NCBI GenBank assembly: GCA_964489835.1 | Contig: CAZBBC010000008.1 | Coordinates: forward strand, 10,992-74,991 | Reading direction: 5' to 3' | Origin: an uncultured Calditrichota bacterium | GTDB taxonomy: Bacteria > Calditrichota > Calditrichia > JAJRVZ01 | Length of the DNA: 64,000 nucleotides | In this document: piece after piece, positions 9,874-19,426 of the stretch | Position numbering within the stretch: position 1 is the first letter of the stretch | Layout of the letters: the number at the start of each line of letters is the position of its first letter | Program-made: the position numbers and the translations under genes | The notes under the pieces: model-generated | What the model saw: only the letters and a program-made list of their open reading frames with translations | Databases searched by the model: none | Told to the model about the DNA's origin: nothing

Positions 9874-11169
9874 CTAAATCAATCCAACTTTTTTGAATAT
9901 ATGGTCAAGATTTTTTAGTCGATTTTCCAATTTAAACAATTCGTTGATCTCATTTTTTGATAATGTATGGCCAAGTTCTTTATCATTAAACAACGCTTGC
10001 TTAAATGAGAGTTGTTCATCCCATACCTTCATCGCATTACGCTGGACAATGCGATAGGCATCTTCACGACTCATTCCCTTACGGGTTAAAGCAAGCAATA
10101 CTGCCTGCGAGAATAGCAGACCATGGGTTAAATCCATATTTTTGATCATATTTTCCGGATATAATTTAAGATTTTTTATTAGCCCAATGGTCTTTTTCAA
10201 CATATAAAATAGAGTAATGGTCGAATCCGGCAGAATGACTCTCTCAACGGAAGAATGTGAAATATCTCTTTCATGCCAGAGGGCCATATTTTCCATCGCC
10301 GCTAAAGCATTTCCGCGCAGCAGACGTGACATTCCGCTAATACGTTCACTGATAATCGGATTTTTCTTATGTGGCATAGCAGAAGAACCCTTCTGCCCTT
10401 TCGAAAAGAATTCACTGGCTTCCAGAACCTCGGTTCTCTGTAAATGTCTGATTTCTACGCTTATTTTTTCCAGACTTCCGCCTATAAGTGCAAGTGTGCT
10501 GACATAGTGTGCATGCCGATCACGTTGAAGTATTTGAGAAGAAATGTTAGCGGACCGGAGGCCCAGCTTATCACATACATAATCCTGTATATAGGGATCA
10601 AGATGATCATAGGTTCCCACAGCTCCTGAAATTTGACCTACTCTTATGTTTTCGATCGCCTGCACCAGGCGCTCGAGTTGACGTTGTAGTTCATCATACC
10701 ACAGGGCGAATTTCAGGCCAAAAGTTATCGGTTCTGCGTGAACCCCATGCGAGCGTCCAACCATCACCATATTTTTTGTCTCTATTGCCCGTTTTTTCAG
10801 CACTAAAATCAATTCTTCAAGTTGTTCCCGGATCTTTTCTCCGGCCTGCACCATTTGGACAGCCAATGCCGTATCAAGAACATCAGAAGAGGTCATCCCG
10901 TAATGCATATATCTGGCATCTTCGCCCACATATTCAGCCACATTGGTCAAAAATGCAATGACATCATGTTTTACTTCTTCCTCGATTTCAAGAATGCGAC
11001 TGACCTCGAAATTAGCCTTTTTTTGGATCGTGTCCAATGATGACGAGGGAACAATACCCAAAGCTGACAATGCCTCGACGGCCAGGACTTCAATTTTTAA
11101 CCAGATAGAAAATCTATTTTTATCACTCCAGATATTCCCAATTTCCGGGAGAGTATACCTTTCAATCAT
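9874..11169 (-). CDS. purB: Adenylosuccinate lyase.
   Basis: MIERYTLPEIGNIWSDKNRFSIWLKIEVLAVEA is a typical PurB N-terminus. Fumarate-lyase signature GSSAMPHKKNP. Confidence 0.9.
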   Translation of the reverse strand: MIERYTLPEIGNIWSDKNRFSIWLKIEVLAVEALSALGIVPSSSLDTIQKKANFEVSRILEIEEEVKHDVIAFLTNVAEYVGEDARYMHYGMTSSDVLDTALAVQMVQAGEKIREQLEELILVLKKRAIETKNMVMVGRSHGVHAEPITFGLKFALWYDELQRQLERLVQAIENIRVGQISGAVGTYDHLDPYIQDYVCDKLGLRSANISSQILQRDRHAHYVSTLALIGGSLEKISVEIRHLQRTEVLEASEFFSKGQKGSSAMPHKKNPIISERISGMSRLLRGNALAAMENMALWHERDISHSSVERVILPDSTITLFYMLKKTIGLIKNLKLYPENMIKNMDLTHGLLFSQAVLLALTRKGMSREDAYRIVQRNAMKVWDEQLSFKQALFNDKELGHTLSKNEINELFKLENRLKNLDHIFKKVGLI

Positions 11170-11170
11170 T

Positions 11171-12403
11171 TCAATCGTTCCTGAAACTCTCTAATAAGAG
11201 TTGTTTATCCAGTATTTTACCATCCCGCCAGATTTTAACGGCCATCTTATCCCCAACCCGCAGGTCTTCTTCAAAGATCGCTTCCATTACATTTTCATCA
11301 CTGACTATTTTGGTATTTCCGATCTGTATGATGATATCACCTAATTTCAGACCGGCCTTTTCTGCAGGGCTTTTCCGGTCAATGGAACTAATTATTACAC
11401 CATTGGTTTGCTGATATCCCATTTTTTTAGCAAACATAGGATCCATGTTTTTTACACGGATCCCAATCCAGAAATCTCTATCTATTTTATGGTATTTTTT
11501 TAAATCATCAATCAGATTGGTAATACGATTGATCGGTATTGCAAATCCTATCCCAACCGAACCTTCTCCACTTTTGCTGGATCCTGTAAATATAAAGGCA
11601 TTCATCCCAATAACCTCTCCCATAGCATTTGTCAGTGGTCCTCCACTATTACCATGATTGATCGATGCATCTGTCTGAATCATATCCTGATATACCCGAC
11701 CTTCTATTTCCCCAAAATCCCGGTTTAGTGCGCTAATAACGCCGACAGTAACCGTGGCACGGTTGTTTATCTCAAAGAGTCCAAACGGATTTCCAACAGC
11801 AATTGCCCATTCACCAAGGATTATTTCATCCGAATTACCAAACGTCACTTTGGGCAGGTTTTCTATTTCTATTTTGAGCAAAGCAACATCTGACATTGGA
11901 TCAGTGCCAACAATACTTGCGGGACTCTTCTTGCCACTGGTCATCGTAATCACAATTTCTGTTGCATTTTCCACGACATGTTCGTTCGTAAGGATATATC
12001 CATCCTCAGAAATGATAAATCCCGAGCCTAAGGCGTGCAATTCTTGTGTAAAACGGTGATCTTTAAATAGTTCCGGGTAGTATTCCCTTAACATAGGAGC
12101 CAGAGGCGAGTCATGGTATGAAAAAGGACTCCGTCGAATATATTCCTGAACCTGTGTCACACTGATACCAACAACGGCAGGGCTTAATTCTTTTACTGCC
12201 CGTGTGATGCTGTTCTGCCTGGATTGAGAAATTTCGGCATTTACATCTTCATTTGATGGCGAAGCGTAAAGATTACCCACGTTCAGTGAATCCGTTGTCG
12301 ATGCTGATTCACCGGAAAGCAAACCAAAATTGAGATATAATAATACCCCGGCAATAATGCCAAAGCCAAATACGATTACCGTTCTGATTGATTTTCTTGT
12401 CAT
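11171..12403 (-). CDS. htrA: Periplasmic serine endoprotease DegP/HtrA (trypsin-like domain plus PDZ).
   Basis: GSGFIISEDGYILTNEHVV (His), DVALLKI (Asp), GNSGGPL (Ser), and C-terminal PDZ GVIISSIDRKSPAEKAGLKLGDIIIQIGN. Confidence 0.85.
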   Translation of the reverse strand: MTRKSIRTVIVFGFGIIAGVLLYLNFGLLSGESASTTDSLNVGNLYASPSNEDVNAEISQSRQNSITRAVKELSPAVVGISVTQVQEYIRRSPFSYHDSPLAPMLREYYPELFKDHRFTQELHALGSGFIISEDGYILTNEHVVENATEIVITMTSGKKSPASIVGTDPMSDVALLKIEIENLPKVTFGNSDEIILGEWAIAVGNPFGLFEINNRATVTVGVISALNRDFGEIEGRVYQDMIQTDASINHGNSGGPLTNAMGEVIGMNAFIFTGSSKSGEGSVGIGFAIPINRITNLIDDLKKYHKIDRDFWIGIRVKNMDPMFAKKMGYQQTNGVIISSIDRKSPAEKAGLKLGDIIIQIGNTKIVSDENVMEAIFEEDLRVGDKMAVKIWRDGKILDKQLLLESFRND

Positions 12404-12413
12404 ATAATATTAA

Positions 12414-13064
12414 TTACATCCTTTTTTTTACTTTTTCCCAATCTTTCAGGAAATTTTCAATTCCACGGTCCGTTAACGGATGTTTTGTCAATTGTTCGAT
12501 GACTTTAAAAGGAATGGTAGAAATATCTGCGCCCATCAGAGCGGCATCCAGCACGTGTAAGGGATTGCGTATGCTGGCAACGATAACTTCTGTCTGAATG
12601 CTATAGTTGCGAAATACCTGAACAATCTGTGAGACCGCCTCCATACCGGCGGTGGAAATATCATCGAGGCGCCCTACGAATGGGCTGACAAAACTTGCCC
12701 CGGCGCGGGCGGCTAATAATGCTTGCAACGCGGTAAAAACCAATGTAACATTGGTTCGAATACCATTAGAGGTCAATGCCTTAATTGCCTTCAGACCTTC
12801 TTTTGTAATCGGAATTTTTATCACGATGTTATCATGTATCTTGGCCAGTTCAGTCCCCTCACTCACCATGCCTTTCCAATCCAGAGCAACAACTTCAGCA
12901 CTGATGGGTCCATCAACAATCTGACAGATTTGCTTGAGAATTTCCGTCGGATGTCCTTCCTCCCTGGAGATAAGGGTAGGATTTGTGGTCACACCGTCAA
13001 GAATTCCTATACTTGCCGCTTCCTTAATTTCATCTATGTTAGCCGTATCGATGAAAAACTTCAT
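12414..13064 (-). CDS. tal: Transaldolase / fructose-6-phosphate aldolase (short Tal-Fsa type).
   Basis: [16 protein letters not shown]...GVTTNPTL and a Schiff-base lysine region [11 protein letters not shown]. 216 aa. Confidence 0.85.
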   Translation of the reverse strand: MKFFIDTANIDEIKEAASIGILDGVTTNPTLISREEGHPTEILKQICQIVDGPISAEVVALDWKGMVSEGTELAKIHDNIVIKIPITKEGLKAIKALTSNGIRTNVTLVFTALQALLAARAGASFVSPFVGRLDDISTAGMEAVSQIVQVFRNYSIQTEVIVASIRNPLHVLDAALMGADISTIPFKVIEQLTKHPLTDRGIENFLKDWEKVKKRM

Positions 13065-13094
13065 TGTACATACTCCTTATGATTATTGTTCTTA

Positions 13095-13820
13095 TCAGTA
13101 ATAGACTTTTTCCAAAATGAGCCCTTTTGCAGGGGCAGACTGACCGGCAAAAGAACGGTCCCGTGATATCAAAATTTCATTTATTTTATCAATTTCACAT
13201 TTTGATCTTCCAATATCAACGAATGTACCCACGAGCGTCCGTACCATACCATGTAGAAAACGATCGGCCTGAATGATAAATATGATAAGATTCTCATCGA
13301 TATGCCATCGCGCTTTTTTAATAGTACAACAGTGGTTTATTACTTCTGATTGAGACCGGCAAAATCCTGTAAAGTCATGATGCCCGATGATTTTATGAGC
13401 TGCTTTATTCATGCGCTTCAAATCCAGAGGATAAGATAAATACCAGGTGTATTCCCGTAAAAACACTGTTTGTACTTTGGATATGTAATAGCAATATTCC
13501 CGTAATTTTGCACTATAGCGGGCATGAAAATCAGCCGATACACTCTCGATAGCGGATACCCGGATATCTCTGCTCAGTATACCATTCAAGGCGAACTTTA
13601 ATTTATATACATCTATAGGGGATGCATAATCAAAATGGGCGACTTGTTCTCTGGCATGCACACCCGCATCTGTTCTTCCGGCACCGATGATTCTTACAGG
13701 TGTACCAAATACCCGGGCCAGCGCTTTCTCAATCTCACCCTGTATAGTTATCTGGCCATTCTGAATTTGCCAACCGGAATAGACAGTACCATCATATTCG
13801 GTTAAGAGGCGAAACCTCAT
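13095..13820 (-). CDS. truA: tRNA pseudouridine(38-40) synthase TruA.
   Basis: MRFRLLTEYDGTVYSGWQIQ and GAGRTDAGVHA (catalytic Asp). Confidence 0.85.
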   Translation of the reverse strand: MRFRLLTEYDGTVYSGWQIQNGQITIQGEIEKALARVFGTPVRIIGAGRTDAGVHAREQVAHFDYASPIDVYKLKFALNGILSRDIRVSAIESVSADFHARYSAKLREYCYYISKVQTVFLREYTWYLSYPLDLKRMNKAAHKIIGHHDFTGFCRSQSEVINHCCTIKKARWHIDENLIIFIIQADRFLHGMVRTLVGTFVDIGRSKCEIDKINEILISRDRSFAGQSAPAKGLILEKVYY

Positions 13821-14017
13821 ATTCTTTGTTTGATATTCTTAAAAAACCAAGCTAAACTTAATCATTCTTTGTACTTATTGCAAATCGATTTGGGAGGATA
13901 TTAACTGCCATAAGTACCTAAATATTCGTTGCTTAGGTTATTTTATCAAACGGTTGGATAATGGGCTGACCCGGGTGATTAATTGAGATTTTTCATCGTA
14001 AGGGATAAATAAAACTT

Positions 14018-14060
14018 GACTTTTTTAGGGTTAAAAAGTAGTTTCTAAACACCTTTTACT
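14018..14060 (+). promoter_or_regulatory. Putative sigma-70-like promoter for the OPT transporter gene.
   Basis: TTGACT, then about 17 nt, then TAGTTT. The -10 is weak. It lies 45-90 nt upstream of the AAGGAG RBS at 14096. Confidence 0.2.
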
Positions 14061-14107
14061 GTTCATACATCCCAATCCTTTCCTTCAATTTAACATAAGG
14101 AGCGCTT

Positions 14108-16069
14108 ATGGAAAAAAAGGCGTTCAAACCATTTGTACCTGCAGATTCAGACATGAAAGAATTCTCATTAAAAGCGATTATACTGGGAATCATTATGGCT
14201 ATTGTCCTTGGTGCCGCGAATGCTTACCTGGGGATGAAAGCTGGTTTAACGGTTGCGGCCACTTTTCCGGCAGCCGTTGTCGCCATGGCTGCATTAAGAA
14301 TTCTGAAGGGTACCGTACTGGAAGAAAATTTGGCAAGAACCACCGCGTCAGTTGGCGAGGCATTGATCGCCGGTGCTATCTTTACAATTCCCGCCTTTGT
14401 TATCAGTGGCGTTTGGAGTGAATTGCATTACTGGGAAAGCACAGCCATCATGCTCATTGGTGGTGTTCTGGGCGTGCTCTTTGTTATTATTCTGCGACGA
14501 TCTTTGGTGGAGGAGGCTGATCTTCCTTTCCCTGAAAGTGTTGCCGCGGCAGAAATCGTAAAAGCCGGTCAGGGAGGGCAAACAGGTGCGGTATACGTTT
14601 TCTCAGCCATGGGTCTGGCCGCCGTTTGGGAATTATTTAAAAATTCAAATGGCGTACATATGGTAATGGATTATGCACGCGATTTTTTTCCTATGGCATC
14701 ATCGAAAATAAATATGTTAGGTAAAGAAATAAACTACACGGGTGGCTTTATCTTTGAAACGCCGGCCGCTTCTCCCGCACTGGTGGGAGTTGGGTTTATT
14801 GTCGGAATGCGCGTTTCTGCAGTACTGTTTGCCGGCGCAGTTTCCGGTTGGTTGTTCCTGGTCCCGGCTTTTCTTTTTTTAAATCCGGATCTGGGCAGTT
14901 TGCTGGCCGCAGGAAACAGTTGGGTGGACATCAGTTTAGAAGTCTGGATGCGCCAGGTCCGGCCATTAGCTGTCGGAACAATGATCGTTGCCGCTTTCTA
15001 TACCCTTTATAATCTTCGCACATCGCTGATAACCGGGATAAAAAAAGCTATCGGTGATATTGCCGCGTCAAAATCGGAATCCAGCGGAACGGTATCCCGT
15101 CTGGAGCTGGATATTGATTTTAAGAAAGTATTGCTTGCCATTGGGATTACCGCTATACCACTATTTATTCTCTATCATTATTTTAGTGATTCTATCGGCG
15201 GATCTTTGATTTTGACCATCGTGATGATAGTCATAGGATTTTTATTCGCTGCAGTTGCCGGCTATCTTGTGGGATTGGTTGGAAGTTCAAATAATCCAAT
15301 CAGCGGTTTGACCCTGTCATCACTACTGATTGCCGCTCTGCTGATGGTCGGTATCGGTGTTACCGGGAATCAGGGCATTATGGCTGTTCTTGGAGTCGCC
15401 GGCGTCGTTTGCTGCGCTGCTGGTATCGCCGGTGATATGATGCAGGATTTAAAAGTTGGACATATTTTAGGCGGCACGCCCTGGCGTATGCAGGTTGGTG
15501 AAATTATCGGTGTGGTTGCTGCCGCTCTCGTACTCATTTGGGCTATGATCGTACTGGATCAGGTCTATCATATTGGTAGCGAGAATCTACCGGCCCCTCA
15601 GGCGGGATTAATGGCGCTTATGGCGAAAGGGATTGTCGGTGGTGAAATGGCCTGGCCGCTGGTTATCGCTGGCATGTTCCTCGCTTTTGGCCTTATTCTG
15701 GTTAAAGCACCTTCACCGATGCTTGTAGCAGTGGGAATGTATTTACCGTTTCACTCCACCGCCGCAATATTTGTCGGCGGTATTATTAAATGGATGCTGG
15801 AAACAATATTGAAGAAAGAAAATGCTTCGGATGCACAGAAAACAAAAGCAGAAAACACCGGTGTTTTACTCTCTTCCGGTCTGATTGCCGGTGAATCATT
15901 GACGGCAGTTATCCTGGCCTTTGTTGTTGCCGGTGTTAGTTTGAGTGAAGGCACCTTTAAGTTAACTGATTACGCCTTATTTTCACCCACCGCTTATCTG
16001 GGTATTCTGGCATTTATAGCTCTATTCTATCTACTAATCAAGATACCACTCAACAAATCCAGGGAATAA
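14108..16069 (+). CDS. OPT-family oligopeptide transporter.
   Basis: 653 aa with about 16 TM segments. AAGGAG RBS. N-terminal region FSLKAIILGIIMAIVLGAANAYLGMKAGLTVAATFPAAV is typical of the OPT superfamily. Confidence 0.75.
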   Translation: MEKKAFKPFVPADSDMKEFSLKAIILGIIMAIVLGAANAYLGMKAGLTVAATFPAAVVAMAALRILKGTVLEENLARTTASVGEALIAGAIFTIPAFVISGVWSELHYWESTAIMLIGGVLGVLFVIILRRSLVEEADLPFPESVAAAEIVKAGQGGQTGAVYVFSAMGLAAVWELFKNSNGVHMVMDYARDFFPMASSKINMLGKEINYTGGFIFETPAASPALVGVGFIVGMRVSAVLFAGAVSGWLFLVPAFLFLNPDLGSLLAAGNSWVDISLEVWMRQVRPLAVGTMIVAAFYTLYNLRTSLITGIKKAIGDIAASKSESSGTVSRLELDIDFKKVLLAIGITAIPLFILYHYFSDSIGGSLILTIVMIVIGFLFAAVAGYLVGLVGSSNNPISGLTLSSLLIAALLMVGIGVTGNQGIMAVLGVAGVVCCAAGIAGDMMQDLKVGHILGGTPWRMQVGEIIGVVAAALVLIWAMIVLDQVYHIGSENLPAPQAGLMALMAKGIVGGEMAWPLVIAGMFLAFGLILVKAPSPMLVAVGMYLPFHSTAAIFVGGIIKWMLETILKKENASDAQKTKAENTGVLLSSGLIAGESLTAVILAFVVAGVSLSEGTFKLTDYALFSPTAYLGILAFIALFYLLIKIPLNKSRE

Positions 16070-16074
16070 ATTAT

Positions 16075-16111
16075 CAAAAAAGGGAGTGAGGGCCATTCAT
16101 TCCCTTTTTTT
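16075..16111. terminator. Rho-independent terminator, bidirectional (A-run, hairpin, T-run).
   Basis: aaaaaa GGGAGTGA gggccat TCATTCCC tttttttt, between convergent genes. Confidence 0.65.
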
Positions 16112-16138
16112 TAAGCAATTAGGAAGTGATAAGACTAA

Positions 16139-17152
16139 TTAAATTGAAATCTTTTCCAAACGTTTAACTATTTCCTGAATGGTCTGTGGTATCACTTTTA
16201 TAAAACCATGAATTAACAGGCTGGTTACGCGGGAATAAGCAAGAGGACCGGTAAAAAAAAGATCGGAAACTGTGGAAGATTCCCCATGTATTTTTATTTT
16301 AGGGAAACTGGTCTGTTGATCCGTAGGGATTTTCATGCTGCCCAATGCCCGCAGATCCGCATGATATCCGGTAGCACAAATAATCGCCTGCGTTTTTAAC
16401 GTTTTATCTTCTAAATAAAGAATATCTCCTTCAATACTGCGAATCAGTGCAAGGGGAATGTGCCGAATAATCTCCATCGCGATCAGTTCCAGCAGATAAC
16501 TCTCCGATATCCCCCGGATATCACATAAATTTTTTGTTTTACTGAAGAATTCCATTGGGTGCCGTGTTAAAAGGTACACCTGTGCATACCCGGCAAGTTT
16601 TATCGCTGTCTCCGCCGCGCTATTACCACTCCCAATAATGATAACACGTTTATTACGGAATGAATTGATCGATTTAAACTGATGCGAATGTGTCACAATC
16701 GGGTTATTCCGTAATCCCGGAATATCAGGAAAAAACGGATTTCCAAAAAATCCGGTGGCGACCACTATAAATTTCGCATAGTAATTTTCTCGCTCTGTTG
16801 TTACTTCGAAAAATTTTTGTTTTTTTTGTACAGAAATAACCGTACAATTTGTTTCAACATTTAGATCGAAATGTTCTCTGAAAAGGCTGAGGTATTTAAC
16901 GAATTCGTTAGCATAGCAGAATGGCCTGGTAACATCCATTTTCCAGATAGGGAAGGAATCAGAAATACTCGTCCAGTCTCTTTGGGGCAAACATGGTGAA
17001 AGCATGATCATATCCTGTCTAATATCTCTCCAGGATTGGGCGACGTTTCCTTTTTCAAGTATCAAATAATCCAGACCGGCTTTTTTTGCTTCTTCAGCGG
17101 TTCTTAATCCGGCCGGTCCGCTACCAATAATCAGGAGATCTTTTTCTATCAT
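16139..17152 (-). CDS. FAD/NAD(P)-binding oxidoreductase (YpdA / flavin-monooxygenase-like). Lacks the CxxC of thioredoxin reductase.
   Basis: Two Rossmann motifs, IIGSGPAGL and VIIIGSGNSAAETA, and ATG..D near the C-terminus. No redox-active CxxC. Confidence 0.65.
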   Translation of the reverse strand: MIEKDLLIIGSGPAGLRTAEEAKKAGLDYLILEKGNVAQSWRDIRQDMIMLSPCLPQRDWTSISDSFPIWKMDVTRPFCYANEFVKYLSLFREHFDLNVETNCTVISVQKKQKFFEVTTERENYYAKFIVVATGFFGNPFFPDIPGLRNNPIVTHSHQFKSINSFRNKRVIIIGSGNSAAETAIKLAGYAQVYLLTRHPMEFFSKTKNLCDIRGISESYLLELIAMEIIRHIPLALIRSIEGDILYLEDKTLKTQAIICATGYHADLRALGSMKIPTDQQTSFPKIKIHGESSTVSDLFFTGPLAYSRVTSLLIHGFIKVIPQTIQEIVKRLEKISI

Positions 17153-17280
17153 ATGATTTCCCTAATACAATCCGCTACGGGAGGATATTGCATAGAAGTG
17201 ATATTATCCTGAAATGTCATTCCTGTCCCTTCCTGTATTGTAAAAAATAACCACCACGCCAATAGGCGGGCAGGCAGAGT

Positions 17281-17470
17281 GCACGAAGGACACGAAGTTT
17301 TTAAATATTATCATAATTTTTGTGCTAACCCCGCTTTAGATTAAAGAATTATCAATAAAAGATCTTCGTGAACTTCGTTTGCTCTGTGGTGAAAGATTTT
17401 TATATGTTCTATTTTGATCGGCCATAGGCCGTCGCTCACCCGAAGGGCAAGCCTAGGGCCTCTGTGGTTG
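17281..17470. repeat. MITE-like element with CACGAAG-type terminal inverted repeats.
   Basis: gcacgaaggacacgaagtt ... gatcttcgtgaacttcgtttgctctgtggt ... cctctgtggttg. The termini match those of the elements at 50621-51010 and 63831-64000. Adjacent gtcattcctgtcccttcctgt (17215) recurs at 18541. Confidence 0.6.
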
Positions 17471-17503
17471 TTTTTTTATTATCCTTTTTATATTTTTTTG
17501 AAT

Positions 17504-18085
17504 CTAATTTGAGCTAACAATATCTTCCAGTATTTCTATTATTTCAGCACGACCGGTTTTTTTACGGGCAGAAAAACGTATAAATTTCTTATCCGGAAAT
17601 TCAGCGCGAATTTTTGAATTAAAAATGCTGAATAGATTATTTGATATCTTATCACTTTTTGTCAGGACAAATATAAAAGGTATTTGATAGAAATTTAACC
17701 AGTCGATCATTATCCGGTCATTTTTCATAAGATCATGACGTGGATCAATAAGCAGGAAAACTAGTTTAAGAAAATTATTATTTTTAAGATAGGACTCTAT
17801 ATTTTTCTGCCATTTATTCTTATCTTCTGCGGATAATCTAGCAAAACCATAGCCGGGTAGATCAACAAAATATAGCTGGTCATCCACTGAAAAATAATTA
17901 ATCAAACGTGTTTTTCCAGGAGTCGAACTTATTTTGGCAAGATTTCTACGATTGAACAATGCATTGATCAATGACGACTTTCCAACATTTGAGCGACCGA
18001 CAACAGCCACTTCAGCCATTTTAGGGAGAGGTCTCTGATCCAAATGAACGGCACTTTTCAGGAATTGAACGTTATGAATGTTCAT
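17504..18085 (-). CDS. engB: Ribosome biogenesis GTP-binding protein EngB/YsxC.
   Basis: G1 GRSNVGKSSLINAL, DLPGYG (G3), LTKSDK (G4). 193 aa. Confidence 0.85.
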   Translation of the reverse strand: MNIHNVQFLKSAVHLDQRPLPKMAEVAVVGRSNVGKSSLINALFNRRNLAKISSTPGKTRLINYFSVDDQLYFVDLPGYGFARLSAEDKNKWQKNIESYLKNNNFLKLVFLLIDPRHDLMKNDRIMIDWLNFYQIPFIFVLTKSDKISNNLFSIFNSKIRAEFPDKKFIRFSARKKTGRAEIIEILEDIVSSN

Positions 18086-18102
18086 GAAAAGCCGAATCAG
18101 GA

Positions 18103-18441
18103 TTAAATATGTTTTTCAATCTTTGATTCCAGCATCGATTTTGGAACGGCACCAACGACCTGATCAACAATCTGTCCATTCTTGAAGATCAATAATGTCG
18201 GAATAGAACGTATACCAAATTTCATGGCGGTATCCGGATTATTGTCGACATCCATTTTTACTACTTTAAGACTACCTTCTCTCTCAGTTGCCAGCTCCTC
18301 AACCATTGGAGCAATCATTCGGCATGGTGCACACCATACGGCCCAGAAATCTACCAAAACCGGTAATTCTGATTTTAGAACCTCTTCTTCAAATGTCGCG
18401 TCGGTGACCTCAAAATATTTTCCCATTGCATCCTCCATCAT
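18103..18441 (-). CDS. trxA: Thioredoxin.
   Basis: [22 protein letters not shown] carries the WCxPC active site. 112 aa. Confidence 0.9.
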   Translation of the reverse strand: MMEDAMGKYFEVTDATFEEEVLKSELPVLVDFWAVWCAPCRMIAPMVEELATEREGSLKVVKMDVDNNPDTAMKFGIRSIPTLLIFKNGQIVDQVVGAVPKSMLESKIEKHI

Positions 18442-18454
18442 CTATTGTAATGTA

Positions 18455-18760
18455 TTTTTACTCTTCTATGTTATTTATTTACAATCCTCTAACCCCCTTT
18501 TCTGGGGCTGTTGTAAAACTAGCGAAAAAGACCAAAACTGTCATGCCTGTCCCTTCCTGTCATTCCTGCGAAGGCAGCAATCCAGAAGGGATAAACTCCA
18601 GCAGTGATCCATGTTAACAAACCACCTAAGTGTCTGTTTTTTATGGATTCCTCCCGCTCCATGAGCGGGACGGGAATGAAAGTTCGTTACGCATATTAAC
18701 AAACAAGGTCTGATTTTAAGGGGAGACTTAATGGTCGCCATATGCTATATTTAAAATTCA
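18455..18760. repeat. Composite of intergenic repeat modules (families C and E).
   Basis: ctcttctatgttatttatttacaatcctctaacccccttttct is near-identical to 41516-41560. tgtcatgcctgtcccttcctgtcattcctgcgaagg matches 17215. ttttaaggggagacttaatggtcgccatatgctatatttaaaattcatga matches 61681-61735 and, inverted, 27245-27300. Hairpin tcccgctccatgagcggga. Confidence 0.6.
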
Positions 18761-18916
18761 TGATTTATTTAGACTAACTAATAGTTTTATTATTTACTAA
18801 CTTTTTATAATCATCCATCGTATTAATATTAAAAAACAGGTCAGAAATATACCCAGCATTTTTAAAATCTACAAATTTGACGTTTAATTTTTCAATATGG
18901 TATAAGAGAATTTTCC

Positions 18917-19393
18917 CTACTTCCCTATTTCAAGTATTTTTATTTTTACCCGGGCAACACCTTCCGGTATCATACCCAGATCTTGCGCCGCACGGAAGGA
19001 TAAATCAATCTCTCTACCCTTCACAAACGGTCCCCGGTCATTTATACGAACGATCACAATTTTGTTATTTTTCAGATTGGTCACTTTCAATATTGTGTTA
19101 AAGGGTAAAGATTTATGGGCAGCAGATTTCTTATACATGTCAAATACTTCTCCATTCGCTGTTTTTCGACCATGAAATTCTTCGGCATAATAGGATGCAC
19201 TTCCATAGATGATACTTCCCGCATGATATTTATCCCGGTTTAAATTCTGGTTTTTAATACTATTGGAGGAGAATCTCGCACTTGGCGCACAATTCAGAAC
19301 GGCTAGTACAATATATAATAATATGGAAGTTTTAATAAAAAAAATAGCGGTCAATGGAAGCGCCCTGCGTTGATTTTTATTGCGATGCAACAA
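18917..19393 (-). CDS. Septal-ring lytic transglycosylase RlpA-family protein (double-psi beta-barrel).
   Basis: [21 protein letters not shown]...[28 protein letters not shown] matches the RlpA/DPBB signature. N-terminal signal/TM. Confidence 0.75.
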   Translation of the reverse strand: MLHRNKNQRRALPLTAIFFIKTSILLYIVLAVLNCAPSARFSSNSIKNQNLNRDKYHAGSIIYGSASYYAEEFHGRKTANGEVFDMYKKSAAHKSLPFNTILKVTNLKNNKIVIVRINDRGPFVKGREIDLSFRAAQDLGMIPEGVARVKIKILEIGK

Positions 19394-19426
19394 GCTAAAT
19401 GTAAAATAAATAGTATACTAAAATTG

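Noticed and set aside
10217-11194. Several plus-strand ORFs (60-100 aa) antisense to purB/htrA; similarly 32000..32543 antisense to the CsgG-like gene, 45637..46182 antisense to fadD-like, and 52010..52981 antisense to MFS.
   Set aside because: They are mirror-frame artefacts of strongly coding minus-strand genes. No independent start or RBS signals are seen and the translations look compositionally random.
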